This document shows, piece by piece, positions 17,257 through 27,700 of a DNA stretch of 48,419 nucleotides. Origin of the DNA: a virus. Taxonomy: Duplodnaviria > Caudoviricetes. Location of the stretch: positions 1 through 48,419 of the IMG/VR virus record IMGVR_UViG_3300048762_000430; one strand, written 5' to 3'. Each line of letters begins with the position of its first letter. The stretch's first letter is position 1. The notes under the pieces were generated by a model. It had not been told where the DNA came from. It was given only the letters and a program-made list of their open reading frames with translations, and ran no database searches. The position numbers and the translations under genes are program-made.

Positions 17257-18309
17257 CTACGCGGCGAGCAGGGGAAGCAGTCCCTCCTGCCACACGCGCT
17301 CCGCTGAGATGTCCATGCACTGCCGGTCGCAGCCATGCGTGGTCTCGTTACAGGGAAAGCACGCAAGCGACGACGGCGCCGTGATCGCGTGGTAGTTGCT
17401 CATCCATTTGGTCCGCAACCGGGGCGCCCACATGCCCCACACCAGCACCAGGAAGGGCCGGGCCTGTTCCTGCACTGCCGAGGCCAGGTGGTAAATCCCG
17501 GTGTCCACGGAAACCACGGCCCGGCACTGCTGCAGGAGCGCCGCCACCTTCCGCAGCTCCAGACCAGACACGAGACGCGTCCGAGGCCCAAGCGGCAGGA
17601 GAGAACCGATCTGCACACTGTGATGGAAGACCAGCGTCGTGCCCCCGAACGCCGCCACCCTCTCACACAACTCCCGCGTGTAATCGGGTGTCCAGGTCCG
17701 GCGAGGGTCCGTAGCCCATGGCGCCAACCCCACCACCGGACCCTCCGGAATCTCCTCCGTCACCAGCCATTGCCGCGCCCACTCGCGCTCCTCGGCATGC
17801 ACTCGGTAGATCGGCCGCCCCTGCTTCATCACCATCCCGAAGGCCGCCCCGAACAGGGAAACCCGATCCACCTCCAATCGCAGCCCGCTGCGCTCCACGT
17901 AGTAGTTGAGGTCCACGTGGGCGTCGTACTGGTACTGGCGCCCGGCGAAGTCTTCCGTGGGACGAACCCGGAGCCACTCCAAGCCCTCCATTAGGGACAT
18001 GAACTGCGGCTCGCAGAACAGGGTCATCTCCAGGCGCGGATAGTCCGCATGGAGGCGCTGCAGGACGGGGTTGAGCATGAGCAGGTCGCCCATACCCCCA
18101 CCGCGGAGCACAGCGAGGGACTGCGAGGTCGAAAGTTGAAAGTGGTCAATCAGCTGCCCGGGACCGGCCGGAACCGGAACCACCGAGGTCAACGTCTCCG
18201 AAGCAACCTGCCTACCCCTCCGGTCGGTGATTACGTGCCGAACGGGACGGTAAACGATAGGCGCGCCCGCGCGCAGGGCAGCCAGGTTGTGAGGTGCAGC
18301 AAATACCAT
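17257..18309 (-). CDS. Glycosyltransferase family 9 (heptosyltransferase-like), copy 2
   Basis: RGGGMGDLLM..P.LQRLH..YP, VSVDTGIYHLASA, C-terminal CFPC-x6-C-x3-C. Confidence 0.88.
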   Translation of the reverse strand: MVFAAPHNLAALRAGAPIVYRPVRHVITDRRGRQVASETLTSVVPVPAGPGQLIDHFQLSTSQSLAVLRGGGMGDLLMLNPVLQRLHADYPRLEMTLFCEPQFMSLMEGLEWLRVRPTEDFAGRQYQYDAHVDLNYYVERSGLRLEVDRVSLFGAAFGMVMKQGRPIYRVHAEEREWARQWLVTEEIPEGPVVGLAPWATDPRRTWTPDYTRELCERVAAFGGTTLVFHHSVQIGSLLPLGPRTRLVSGLELRKVAALLQQCRAVVSVDTGIYHLASAVQEQARPFLVLVWGMWAPRLRTKWMSNYHAITAPSSLACFPCNETTHGCDRQCMDISAERVWQEGLLPLLAA

Positions 18310-18312
18310 TCT

Positions 18313-19287
18313 CTACAGGACCATGAGTTTGCGCCCCTTTCGCGTTACGGCGTAGGACACGGAAGAAACAGGATAGCTGTCGTTGTTCGTGACGCAGAAG
18401 ACCACGCGGTCCGGCTGCCAGCCGTCCACTATCACCAGGGAGCACTTGGGATTGTCCACCTGCGCCGAGATCGGCCCCAATAGGATCAGTTCGTCGTGCG
18501 TCCGCTCGATGGTCACACTGGCCGCCGGCGCCAGGTTCTCGAGGGTCCCCGCCAAGTCGATCTCATGGACCTGCCCGGCGCCGGGGTAGAACCATCTGTC
18601 CACGCCGTCCGGGGATTCGTCCTGGTCGACCACTGCCCCGTTCGCATCCAGGGTCACCGTGGCGACCAGGATGTCTCCGGCCGCCTTCGTCCCCGTCGTG
18701 TTGGCCACCCACTGGACCACCCCGAGCGGCGCCGTCGAGTCACTGGCCCGACCATATACGTAGTTGAGCGCCCCGGCCGTCAGCCCCTGGATGTAGAAGA
18801 AGCTGACCACGTACCCGTCCCCGGCTTGCACCGGCGCCGCCAAGGGAGTGCCCCAGGTCAGGATATGGCTCTGCGGATCGGAGGAGGTAACCTTGCGCGT
18901 CTGGCCCGCATTGGCCCCCGAGGTAAAGACCACCCAGGCGTCCTGCCAAAAGCCCGGCGCCTCAGCGCGCCCCCCATCCACCAGTTGCCCCATGTCCCCG
19001 CTCGCGACGGTGCCGGAGGCCTCGCGGTCGTTGCCCAGCACGAAGAACTGGCCGTTGATGATCCCCACCACCGGGTTCGCCGGGTCGGGCACGGCGAGCC
19101 GTCCGGTGTTTGCATCTACGGGAAGCGACAGCACACCACGGTTGATTATCCCGCTACCACACAAGCTCTGGACCAAGACTACTGCCAAGTTCTCCAGGTA
19201 GCCGTTCGGCCGATTTGTATGGTCCGGGTCGATGAGCGTATCGATACCCACATCGATCGGGAGCTTGAGCACTGGACTGTCAGACAC
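18313..19287 (-). CDS. Hypothetical beta-rich protein, probably virion/tail-associated
   Basis: WVVFTSGANAGQTRKV motif of a kind common in phage tail proteins; first gene after a promoter. Confidence 0.6.
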   Translation of the reverse strand: MSDSPVLKLPIDVGIDTLIDPDHTNRPNGYLENLAVVLVQSLCGSGIINRGVLSLPVDANTGRLAVPDPANPVVGIINGQFFVLGNDREASGTVASGDMGQLVDGGRAEAPGFWQDAWVVFTSGANAGQTRKVTSSDPQSHILTWGTPLAAPVQAGDGYVVSFFYIQGLTAGALNYVYGRASDSTAPLGVVQWVANTTGTKAAGDILVATVTLDANGAVVDQDESPDGVDRWFYPGAGQVHEIDLAGTLENLAPAASVTIERTHDELILLGPISAQVDNPKCSLVIVDGWQPDRVVFCVTNNDSYPVSSVSYAVTRKGRKLMVL

Positions 19288-19334
19288 TACCCCTACCTCA
19301 CGTGAAACTGCTCTTGTCTAAACGTTGTACAATT

Positions 19335-19363
19335 ATTATATCATGCACTGGCGCACTTGTCAA
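19335..19363 (-). promoter_or_regulatory. Perfect-consensus sigma70 promoter with extended -10
   Basis: TTGACA (19363-19358), 17 nt spacer, TGa-TATAAT (19340-19335). Confidence 0.92.
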
Positions 19364-19373
19364 GCACGATCTT

Positions 19374-19622
19374 TCATTTCCCCGGCCGATGACGCCAGTA
19401 GACCGCCGCCCCGTAGGTGCTGCGCCCGTAAATGCCGACCGAGCTCACCTGGATCGGACTGTTGATCGAGTACGGCGTCAGGTACTCCATGTGGCTGCGC
19501 CCCCGCGCGCGGGCCGGCCGGCTATCAGTCGCCGGCGTAGCGGAGCCGGCCCGCCCGCCTCTGATCGCTCGGTCTATCGCCCCGACCAGCCGCCGGGCTC
19601 TCTCTTGATCCCTCAAGGACAT
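19374..19622 (-). CDS. Hypothetical protein (82 aa)
   Basis: Starts 3 nt after the upstream stop; YG..YG..Y tail. Confidence 0.55.
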   Translation of the reverse strand: MSLRDQERARRLVGAIDRAIRGGRAGSATPATDSRPARARGRSHMEYLTPYSINSPIQVSSVGIYGRSTYGAAVYWRHRPGK

Positions 19623-19625
19623 GGC

Positions 19626-22379
19626 TTAGCTACCTCCCGAGTTGCGATCCCAGTACATCCCGATAAACCGCCCGGTGAGCACGGTGCAGTCCGCAATGTT
19701 CTTGGGGCTGAGATTGCGGTGCTCCACGCCCACGATCCGGTAGCACTTTCCGTGCAGGGCATGGCGCTGGCCCCCGGCGATGGAGAAAACTTGCCCGACC
19801 TGCGCCCAGGGGGCGAAGGGAATCGCCACCCCCAGGTACTCGGGCCGCAGCGCCCAGGCCGGCCCCAGCATCGAGGCCAGCCGCGTGCGGATCAGCGACG
19901 AGTTAGCCCACTCAAAGTCAAACTGCTTCTTCTTTCGGCGCCCCAGGCAGTACCCGAGTTGTCCGTAGAGCCCCACCGTGCTGCCCGTTCCCTGAATGGA
20001 GGGCCAGTCCGCCCACACCGTCGTCCAGCTATCCAGCTTGGGCTGCACATAGCAGGGCCCGGTGATGCTCACGTCATTGGCATACTTCTCGTCCACCATC
20101 AACCGCGGCGGCTCCATGCTGTCGATCAGGAAGCGCAAGCGAGCATCGCTCGGGATCGCCCCGTACAAAGAGACAGCGTCCTTCGTGTTGAAGAACAGCG
20201 GAAAGTGGATGCCCCCGTTGTTCCCGGAGGTAGCCATGTCCTGGCCGAAGCAGCCCAGCGAGGCCGGCCCATTGTGCAGCGGCCAGTAAAGGTAGCCGCT
20301 GGCCGGGTCCCCGCTCCGAATCGCGTGGCAGTAGGGGCAGCCCACCACCACCTGGTTGTTCTCGGTCCACAGGCCGGCGCAGCCGGCGAACATGGCGACC
20401 TCACCGAGAAACTCATGCCACGACCGGCCCTGGTCACACAGCCACAGCAACCGGCCCAGCGGCCCGCGGTTGAGGTAGTCAATCCCGCCGCCGTTGGGAT
20501 TGTGCAAGTCCTCCCCCACCCAGGGCAGCCCCAGGTAGTTGAAGAGGTAGTGCCAAACCGTAGCCCCCGGCGCGATGGTATTGGACAGAGGCCAGCCGTC
20601 GAAGGGTGGTGCCGAGCCGTCCGACTGGGCATCGGCCAAATACTGGGCCAGGTCGTAGAGATCGGCCGTCAGCGTCGCCTTTCCCGACTTCTGACTCGAC
20701 AGTCTCTCCCCCAGGTAGCCGTTGAAGGTCTCGGCCAGAGGCTGCTCATCGGTCCCATCATCAAGCTGCCAGGTCCCCCACAGGATCAGGCGGCGCGGCG
20801 TCTGGTTCTGGACGTATCCGGCCCACTGCCCCATCTGGTTGTCCAGCTCCAGGTTGCCCGTCTTGCCTAGCGTCTCGGCGGCATGGGCTATGCCGGCGGT
20901 CTTCGCCGCCACGTACGCGGACCAACCGATTTCGTTAGCGATCGACGTGCTCCAGCGCCAGTAGTCCGCGCTGTTGACCTCCGGAGAGCGGCTGCTGTAG
21001 AACGATAGCGCGGTGCCGGGAGCCAGCTTGTTCGCCTGGTTGTCCCCGAAGCCACTGCCGGCCGTGCACTGCACCTGCGTGGCCGCCGTGGGGACGGTCA
21101 CCAGGTACTGGTAGGCGTAGTCCGTGGTCTTCAGCTTGCTCCACTGCGCGTTGCCCACCACATCCTGGGCGTACGCCAGCGCCGGCTGGGCCGGGTTCAG
21201 CGCGGACGGGGCGTACTGCAGCTTGCCCCCCACATAGTCCCACACCTCACGCTGCCCCACCGTCACCGCCGGAGTCGCCCCGTTTTGTCCCCACGGGTAC
21301 GGCAGCGGGTACACGGGACTCGTCAGATAGCCGGCCGTCGGCATGACCACGGGAAGAAAGGCAAACCTCCAGCGGCCCCCGTAGTGCTTGACCTCAATCG
21401 GCCCCGAGTAGACCAGCACCGGCAGGCGCTCGTCCGCGGCGGCCGACCCCTGCGGCTCCTGCACCGGGTAGGGGAAGAAGATAGTGGACTGCGCGAAGGC
21501 GTCGGTGCTGATGGCAATCCCGTTGGCGAAACACCCCAGCCAAATGTACTTCACCCCGGACTGCTCTCCCGAGGCCCATTTGTCACCCCGGAGCACGTCC
21601 GCGCCCCAGTTGTCCGCCCCCTCCGTCTTGTAGGCCGGCAAGAACACCCACTCGTTGTTCGTGTACTGCGCATCGCGCCAGGTCAGGGTCGGGGGTGCCA
21701 CGTTCGACAGCTTGAGCAGGAAGGAGCGACCCGTAGCGATCCCAAACTCAATCGTCGTCGCCGCGACGCAGCGCCCATTCTGAAAGTCGCTGGGCGAGTA
21801 CTCGGGCGGCGCCGCCTGCCACAGCGCCAGGCACATGATCGGAGCGGCCGGCAGCTGAAACCGCGACCGCAGCCCCGAGGTGGCGTCCGTGGCCCCATCG
21901 TCGAACTCGATAGTCGGAAAGGGCATCGTCGCGCTGAGGAGCTGCTGGTCATTGAAATGATTCAGATAATCCTGATCGCTCCCAAACAAGGGGTCCCAGT
22001 AGTTGAGGTCGATATGAGCATCCACATAGCGGCTGATCTTGCCCCAGGCCTTCTCCGTATCCCAGCCCCGCGAATCAAAGAGCGGGGTAGCGATCAGCGG
22101 CTGAATCTCGGTCGGAAAACCGGAGACCGCCAGCAGGCTGGGGACGAGCCAGTGTATCCCGTCCTGCGTCATGGTCGGCGAGGCGGTGCTCTCCGGCAGA
22201 AAGCCGTTGCTGGTCAGGTCGAAGTACTGGACCTGGGGCCCGGTGCCTCCCGGATCGTCCGTGTACTCGAAGCTGGACAGCCAATCGCTGCGCCCGTACC
22301 CTGGATACACCACCGAGGCGGGCGGCCCGCCGATCGAGGAGAGCTGCACGTAGGCTTTCGGAAAGACCCGGCTGGCCAT
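19626..22379 (-). CDS. Large tail-tip/hub-like protein (917 aa)
   Basis: Size, position downstream of the tape measure, and hub-like segments (LELDN, FNGYL, PWAQVGQVFSI...YRIVGVEH). Confidence 0.6.
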   Translation of the reverse strand: MASRVFPKAYVQLSSIGGPPASVVYPGYGRSDWLSSFEYTDDPGGTGPQVQYFDLTSNGFLPESTASPTMTQDGIHWLVPSLLAVSGFPTEIQPLIATPLFDSRGWDTEKAWGKISRYVDAHIDLNYWDPLFGSDQDYLNHFNDQQLLSATMPFPTIEFDDGATDATSGLRSRFQLPAAPIMCLALWQAAPPEYSPSDFQNGRCVAATTIEFGIATGRSFLLKLSNVAPPTLTWRDAQYTNNEWVFLPAYKTEGADNWGADVLRGDKWASGEQSGVKYIWLGCFANGIAISTDAFAQSTIFFPYPVQEPQGSAAADERLPVLVYSGPIEVKHYGGRWRFAFLPVVMPTAGYLTSPVYPLPYPWGQNGATPAVTVGQREVWDYVGGKLQYAPSALNPAQPALAYAQDVVGNAQWSKLKTTDYAYQYLVTVPTAATQVQCTAGSGFGDNQANKLAPGTALSFYSSRSPEVNSADYWRWSTSIANEIGWSAYVAAKTAGIAHAAETLGKTGNLELDNQMGQWAGYVQNQTPRRLILWGTWQLDDGTDEQPLAETFNGYLGERLSSQKSGKATLTADLYDLAQYLADAQSDGSAPPFDGWPLSNTIAPGATVWHYLFNYLGLPWVGEDLHNPNGGGIDYLNRGPLGRLLWLCDQGRSWHEFLGEVAMFAGCAGLWTENNQVVVGCPYCHAIRSGDPASGYLYWPLHNGPASLGCFGQDMATSGNNGGIHFPLFFNTKDAVSLYGAIPSDARLRFLIDSMEPPRLMVDEKYANDVSITGPCYVQPKLDSWTTVWADWPSIQGTGSTVGLYGQLGYCLGRRKKKQFDFEWANSSLIRTRLASMLGPAWALRPEYLGVAIPFAPWAQVGQVFSIAGGQRHALHGKCYRIVGVEHRNLSPKNIADCTVLTGRFIGMYWDRNSGGS

Positions 22380-23861
22380 CTACGACATCACCTGCCACGT
22401 ACTGCCGCCGTCCCGCGAACCATACCGCGTAATGACACTTCCGCTCGTGAGGTCAACGTAGAGCCATCCCGCGGAGTCTCCCCACAGGCCGGCCTCCTCA
22501 TCGTCGCCGGCTGCAATCTGCACCTGGGTAGAGCCATCAGCGAAGTTGTAGGCCTGGCCATGGCGCGCGTCGTACTTCTGGCAGTACCAGGTGCCCGAGC
22601 CCTTGTCGTACCCGATCACGTACTCGGTGCCGTAGTGCCCCCAGGATCGCAGGTGAGTCAGTCCCGTGCCCATTGATGTCACCGTGAAATTGAGCGAGTC
22701 GTCCGTGTACGCCCGGTACCAGGTGCCCGACGCAACCCAACGCAGATACAGGCGGCTGTCCTGCCAGAACAGGCTGAAATCCCGCGCCCCCGGTACGTCC
22801 GCCACCTTGATCGGATCGGCGGGCTCGCGTTCCCCCTTCGCCCACTGCAGATTGACCGACGAATCATCCCCATACAGGCGGTAGAAGGTGTTTAGGGGAT
22901 CGATGTAGAGGCAGCAGCCCGCCTTCCCCAGGACCAACTGCAGCGCCACAAACTCCGCGGCCTCCGCGAGCAGTACCAGCCCCTGGGGGTCGTGCAGGAA
23001 GGGCACATCGGCCGTTACCACGCACTGGCAGCCCGGCGCTTCCTCCGGCTCCACCAGGCGTATGTCCGTCACCGCCCGATACAGACCCACGCCGGCATAG
23101 GGGCTTCCCAGCTGCTCCGCCCGCAATTTGGGCATCGGCCGCAGCGGCACTACGTCCCCCAGCGGGTGCAGGTCACTCGGCCCCTGCGTCCCCGCGCGCA
23201 CCATCACCGTCGCCGTCTCGATGACCCCGTCCTCGCGCTCGCAGTCCACCTCCAGCACGAAATCCTGCGGGGCCGCCCAGCCCGGCGGAAAGGCCAGCTT
23301 GAACTGCGCCAGCCCTACCGGTCGCCCCAAATCCGTCGCGTAATCGCTCAGGTCGTGACCGGGAAGGAAGACCGGCTCGGTGTCGCCGTCAAAGATTCCC
23401 AGGCCCCTGCCGTCGCCCCACTCATGCGGATGGCACGCCCACCAACGAGGCGCATTGGTCGTCATCCCCGGCCCGTCGTCGCGCAGGAACGCGTCGGTCT
23501 CTTCGTACAGATCGGGGCGCCAGTGGTAGCGCGCCAGGTTGGAGAATCCGCCCGTCGTGGTCAGCGCCATCGCCCGGTGCTGCCAGCGTTGCCCGGACTT
23601 CGCCGGCAGCGTCATACTGCGCGCAAAGCTCCGCCCGTCCGTGGCCGCCGGCTCACCAAACGCGTTAGCGCATTCCAGACACCATCCCCGCGGCACGCCC
23701 CCCTGCGGCCACCGGGCCACCGGCCCGCCGCAGTACGGGCAGATCCAGTCGGTCCACGCGGTGTAGACGGGGCCACGGTTCTCGCCCGCCGAGGCCAGCC
23801 GTCCCCCGGTTACCAGGTCGGCGGCGCCCCCGAGCCGCCCCCGGGTAGGCAGGCGCAGCAC
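22380..23861 (-). CDS. Putative tail protein with zinc ribbon and C-terminal propeller-like repeats
   Basis: CPYCGG...CLEC near the N-terminus; Asp-box-like SRDGGSTW at the C-terminus. Confidence 0.55.
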   Translation of the reverse strand: MLRLPTRGRLGGAADLVTGGRLASAGENRGPVYTAWTDWICPYCGGPVARWPQGGVPRGWCLECANAFGEPAATDGRSFARSMTLPAKSGQRWQHRAMALTTTGGFSNLARYHWRPDLYEETDAFLRDDGPGMTTNAPRWWACHPHEWGDGRGLGIFDGDTEPVFLPGHDLSDYATDLGRPVGLAQFKLAFPPGWAAPQDFVLEVDCEREDGVIETATVMVRAGTQGPSDLHPLGDVVPLRPMPKLRAEQLGSPYAGVGLYRAVTDIRLVEPEEAPGCQCVVTADVPFLHDPQGLVLLAEAAEFVALQLVLGKAGCCLYIDPLNTFYRLYGDDSSVNLQWAKGEREPADPIKVADVPGARDFSLFWQDSRLYLRWVASGTWYRAYTDDSLNFTVTSMGTGLTHLRSWGHYGTEYVIGYDKGSGTWYCQKYDARHGQAYNFADGSTQVQIAAGDDEEAGLWGDSAGWLYVDLTSGSVITRYGSRDGGSTWQVMS

Positions 23862-23863
23862 CG

Positions 23864-24511
23864 TCAGCTCCGCACCATCTTGTAGGTCGCCGCGTAGGTA
23901 GCATCGCCGCTGTAGGTGGCCTCGATCGCATAGGTAGCGAGCACGTCGCTGTCCGTTCCCACCGAGGCTGCCACCGAATACAGCCGCAGCCGCCCGGCAG
24001 TCATGCGCCCCTGGTCATCGGCCACCACCTGGTCTATGAACTGGTTCTCGCCCAAGAGGCCGAGAGCGCGATCGAGCAATCCCATCTGCGCGCCCATCGT
24101 GCCCGCCCCGGTGTGCTGGGCCTGCGCCTCCTCCCACACCGCGCTCGGCGCCTCGCGGGTGAATCGCCACTCCTCTCCCGCCTGTCTTCCCACATAGCCG
24201 GCCCCCGCCGTTACCGTGTAGGTCATCTCGTAGACGCGCTCGGCCGAGCCGTCAGCGGTGGCCTGATTCCAGGCGTAGGCGTAGCTACCGTCGCCCTTGT
24301 CGGTCAGGGTCTGTTTGTTCCCGGCCACCAGGGCGGCATAGTTCGCCCGGGTATCCCAGGCACCAGTCAGGAAGTTGAACCACTTGTCGTCCAAGGTCCG
24401 CCGGATAGCCACGCAGCAGCTCAGCCCCGTCACCGGGTTATTGCCGGGCGTGTCGTCGTCGACGACTCGCAAGACGAGCAGAACAGTGGCGCCAGGCAGG
24501 GCAGTATTCAT
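23864..24511 (-). CDS. Hypothetical virion protein (Ig-like N-part, AVWEE helical linker)
   Basis: ATG 24511 with AGGAGAGG upstream; tail-region context. Confidence 0.55.
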   Translation of the reverse strand: MNTALPGATVLLVLRVVDDDTPGNNPVTGLSCCVAIRRTLDDKWFNFLTGAWDTRANYAALVAGNKQTLTDKGDGSYAYAWNQATADGSAERVYEMTYTVTAGAGYVGRQAGEEWRFTREAPSAVWEEAQAQHTGAGTMGAQMGLLDRALGLLGENQFIDQVVADDQGRMTAGRLRLYSVAASVGTDSDVLATYAIEATYSGDATYAATYKMVRS

Positions 24512-24533
24512 GGGGCCTCTCCTCGGTGCCGGC

Positions 24534-24737
24534 TTACTCCGCCGGCATGATCCTGACTTCCGCCGCCGGCAACTGCCCACCGACGAGCACGACCACCGCC
24601 TGCAGGCCGCACCGGTGCTTGCGCAACACGGCCTCCACCTCCCGCTGGCAGCCCTCCACCCGCCCCTGCAGGGCCCGGCGCTTCGCCTCGTCCGCCGCCG
24701 CCTCCGTGATTTCCGATTGAGCCACTGGTTTTGCCAT
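24534..24737 (-). CDS. Small protein after the tail fibre (possible fibre chaperone)
   Basis: GGAGGAG upstream; helical; position typical of fibre chaperones. Confidence 0.55.
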   Translation of the reverse strand: MAKPVAQSEITEAAADEAKRRALQGRVEGCQREVEAVLRKHRCGLQAVVVLVGGQLPAAEVRIMPAE

Positions 24738-24757
24738 CGTCGTTCTCCTCCGTGCGC

Positions 24758-27700
24758 TTATGCGCTGGTAGAATCCGTCACCAACCCGAGACCCGCCAGA
24801 GCGGTCAGCAAAGAGGCCAGGGCCGCGTTGCCGCCGCGACTGCCGGTAACCGCCGGCTTCGTTACCGGAGCCGTGTTATAAAAACCTACCTTCGTCCCTC
24901 GGTGGGCGAGGTCGTGTGCGATCGCCAGCGATCCGCCTGCGGTCATACCGTCGGTAGTGGTGCCCAGGAGCAGGTTTCCGGCCAGGTAGTTGATCGCGGT
25001 GCCGCTGATGTACAGGTTCCATCGGCCCGTCGCCGCGTTGATCATCGACTGGATCCCGTACGCGGTCGTCGCCACCGTCACGTTGGCCACGTAGAAACCG
25101 ACCCAGGTGCCGATAGTCCCGCCCCCGCTGTTGACGGGCGTGCCGGCCCGGTACATGTAGGCCGCCTGCACGTTAGCCGTATCCAGGTTGGACAGGACCG
25201 CGGAATTGACCGTCAGGCCGGTGATCGTCCCGGCGCCAGTGATCTGCACCACCGCGTAGACGGATTGGGCTATATTGGCGCCGCTGGAAAGCGTAAAGCC
25301 CCCGGGATCGATTACCACCTGCGCATTCACCGCGCGAAAGGTCGGGCCGCCGTCGGCCGCGAACGTGGCGCTCTGGCAGGCGCGCAGCAGCGAAAAGGTC
25401 CCCACCGGGTCCGTCAGGGTCTGCCGCAGGTCAACGGGATACGCCGGCGGCCCGCCGGAGTTGACGCCCAGCCAGTTGTTGACAGTGTCCACGGTCACGA
25501 CCGGAGTGAGGCCGTCTGCCTTCAGGACTTGTACTGCGTCCGTGGCGTCGGCGGCCGGCGCCAGGGAGGGCGCGATCAGGGCCGCAGCCGCCAGGGCGTT
25601 GTCCGACTTGAGCAGGCCCGCGCCTCCTCGATACAGATTCACGTCCCGCGTCGCTCCCGCTCCCCAGGACAGGGCGCCATCGCGGGCCACGGCGAAGCGA
25701 GCGGTATTCTCCCCGAGCAGGAAGGCCTGCAGCACGCTCCCCACGTCGCCACTGTTGACCACCAGGCCCCCCAACGTCCCTGAGAGCGTGAGCTTGCCGA
25801 ACTGCACCAGGGAAGAGGTGCCGATAGGCTGCACGGTATCGAGCGCCCCGCCGGTCAGCTTCAGGTTCGCGGTCAGGTTGAGCCCGAGGCTCAGGTCCGC
25901 TGCCAGCGCCCCGCCCCCCGTCAGCGGCGCCGCGGTGTTGACCGCTCGTGAGGTCCGCAGGATGGTCGTCGGCAAGTCGGCGTCCGGAATCGACCCCGCC
26001 GAGAGAACTCCAGCGGCAGCCTTCACGTACCCCGCCAGGGCCCCGAGAGTCATCCCCGCGAAGACCGGTGAGGCTCCGGTTCCAATATCCTGGACGGTGT
26101 CCAGTTGGGTCCCGTTGAGCCGCAGATTCGCCGTGTAGTTCAGGGCGAGCGTCCGGTTGGCAGACAGCGCGCCCCCACCCGCCAGGGGCGCCGTAGTGCT
26201 GACCGTCCGGGAGGTGCGCACCAGGGTAGTCGGCAGATCCGCATCAGCAATCGTCCCGGCGGAGAGCACTCCGGCCGTGGCCTTGACGTACCCGGCCAGG
26301 GCGCCCAGGGTCAGGCCAGCAAACGTCGGGCTGGCCCCGGTGCCGATGTCCTGCACGGTATCCAACTGATTCGAGACATTCACCCGCAGGTTGGCCGCGT
26401 ACTGCAGGGACAAGCTGCGGTTAGCAGAGAGATCGCCGCCTCCGGCCAGGGGTGCGGTGGTGCTAAGGAGCCGGCTGGCGGGCGCGGCGCCCAGCGAGGC
26501 GAGCGTCTGATCGCCGGTGTTGGTTCCGGAGGTCCCCGCCAGCCGTGTGAGCGCCGTGTCGATTTGCGCGTGGGTGTTGCTCCCGATGTTGGCAAGGTTT
26601 ACATGGTTGACCTGCCCCCAGGCGAAAGTAGTAGCCCCGGTCGCAAGCAGTGCGTTGCCCGTTGTCAGACCGGAGGCGGTGTGGTCGGCCCCGGCCAGGA
26701 CATGCTGCTGATTATGGTGGTCGTTCGCGCCGATGCCGCCCAGGTCCGCATGGACCGCACTCCCCGCCAGCACTCCCGCCGTGGCCTTGAGCACTCCGCC
26801 TAACGTGCCGACCGTCAGCCCCGCGAACTGCGGTGAACTGCTGGTCTGCAGGCCCTGGGCCGTGTCCAGACTCCCGCCGGTGACCTTCAGGTTGGCCGTA
26901 TAGCCCAGGCTCAAGGTCCGGTCGGCAGAGAGATCGCCGCCTCCCGCCAGTGGCGCGGTGGTCGAGAGCAGGCGGTTCGTGGGCACGCCGCCCAGCCCGG
27001 CGAGCGTCTGGTCGCCGGTGTTGGAGCCGCTGGTAGTGGCCAGCCGCGTGAGGGCCGTGTCAATCTGCGCGTGGGTATCGGTCCCGATGTCCGTGAGTAC
27101 GGTGTGGGAGCGAGTGGCCACGTCCGCCAGACTGCTGGTTGTCTTGTCCACGTCGGCCCAGGTGGGCTGGGCTTTGCTGAAAGCCCCGGTAACCGCATTG
27201 TAGGCCGTAAGGAAACTGTGCGCTGCCCCCGCTTGTCCCGTAGGGACTATCTGATCGCCGGTGTTGGTGCCGCTGGTATTCGCCAGTCGCGTGAGGGCCG
27301 TGTCAATCTGCGCGTGGGTATTGGTCCCGATGTGGGCGAGGTTGAGATGGTCCACCTGCCCCCAGGCGAAAGTAGTAGCCCCGGTCGCAAGCAGTGCGTT
27401 ACCCGTGGTTAGACCGGAGGCCGTGTGGTCGGCCCCGGCCAGGACATGCTGCTCATTATGGTGGTCATTTGCCCCGATACCACCCAGGTCGGCGTGGACC
27501 GCACTCCCCACCACCGCCCCCGCCGTGGCCTTGAGTACCCCGCTCAATGTGCCGACCGTCAGCCCCGCGAACTGCGGTGAGCTGCTGGTCTGTAGGCCCT
27601 GGGCCGTGTCCAGGTTGCCATTTGTCACTTTCAGGTTGGCTGTATAGCTCAGGCTCAGGGTCCGGTCGGCGGACAGCGCGCCCCCTCCTGCCAGTGGTGC

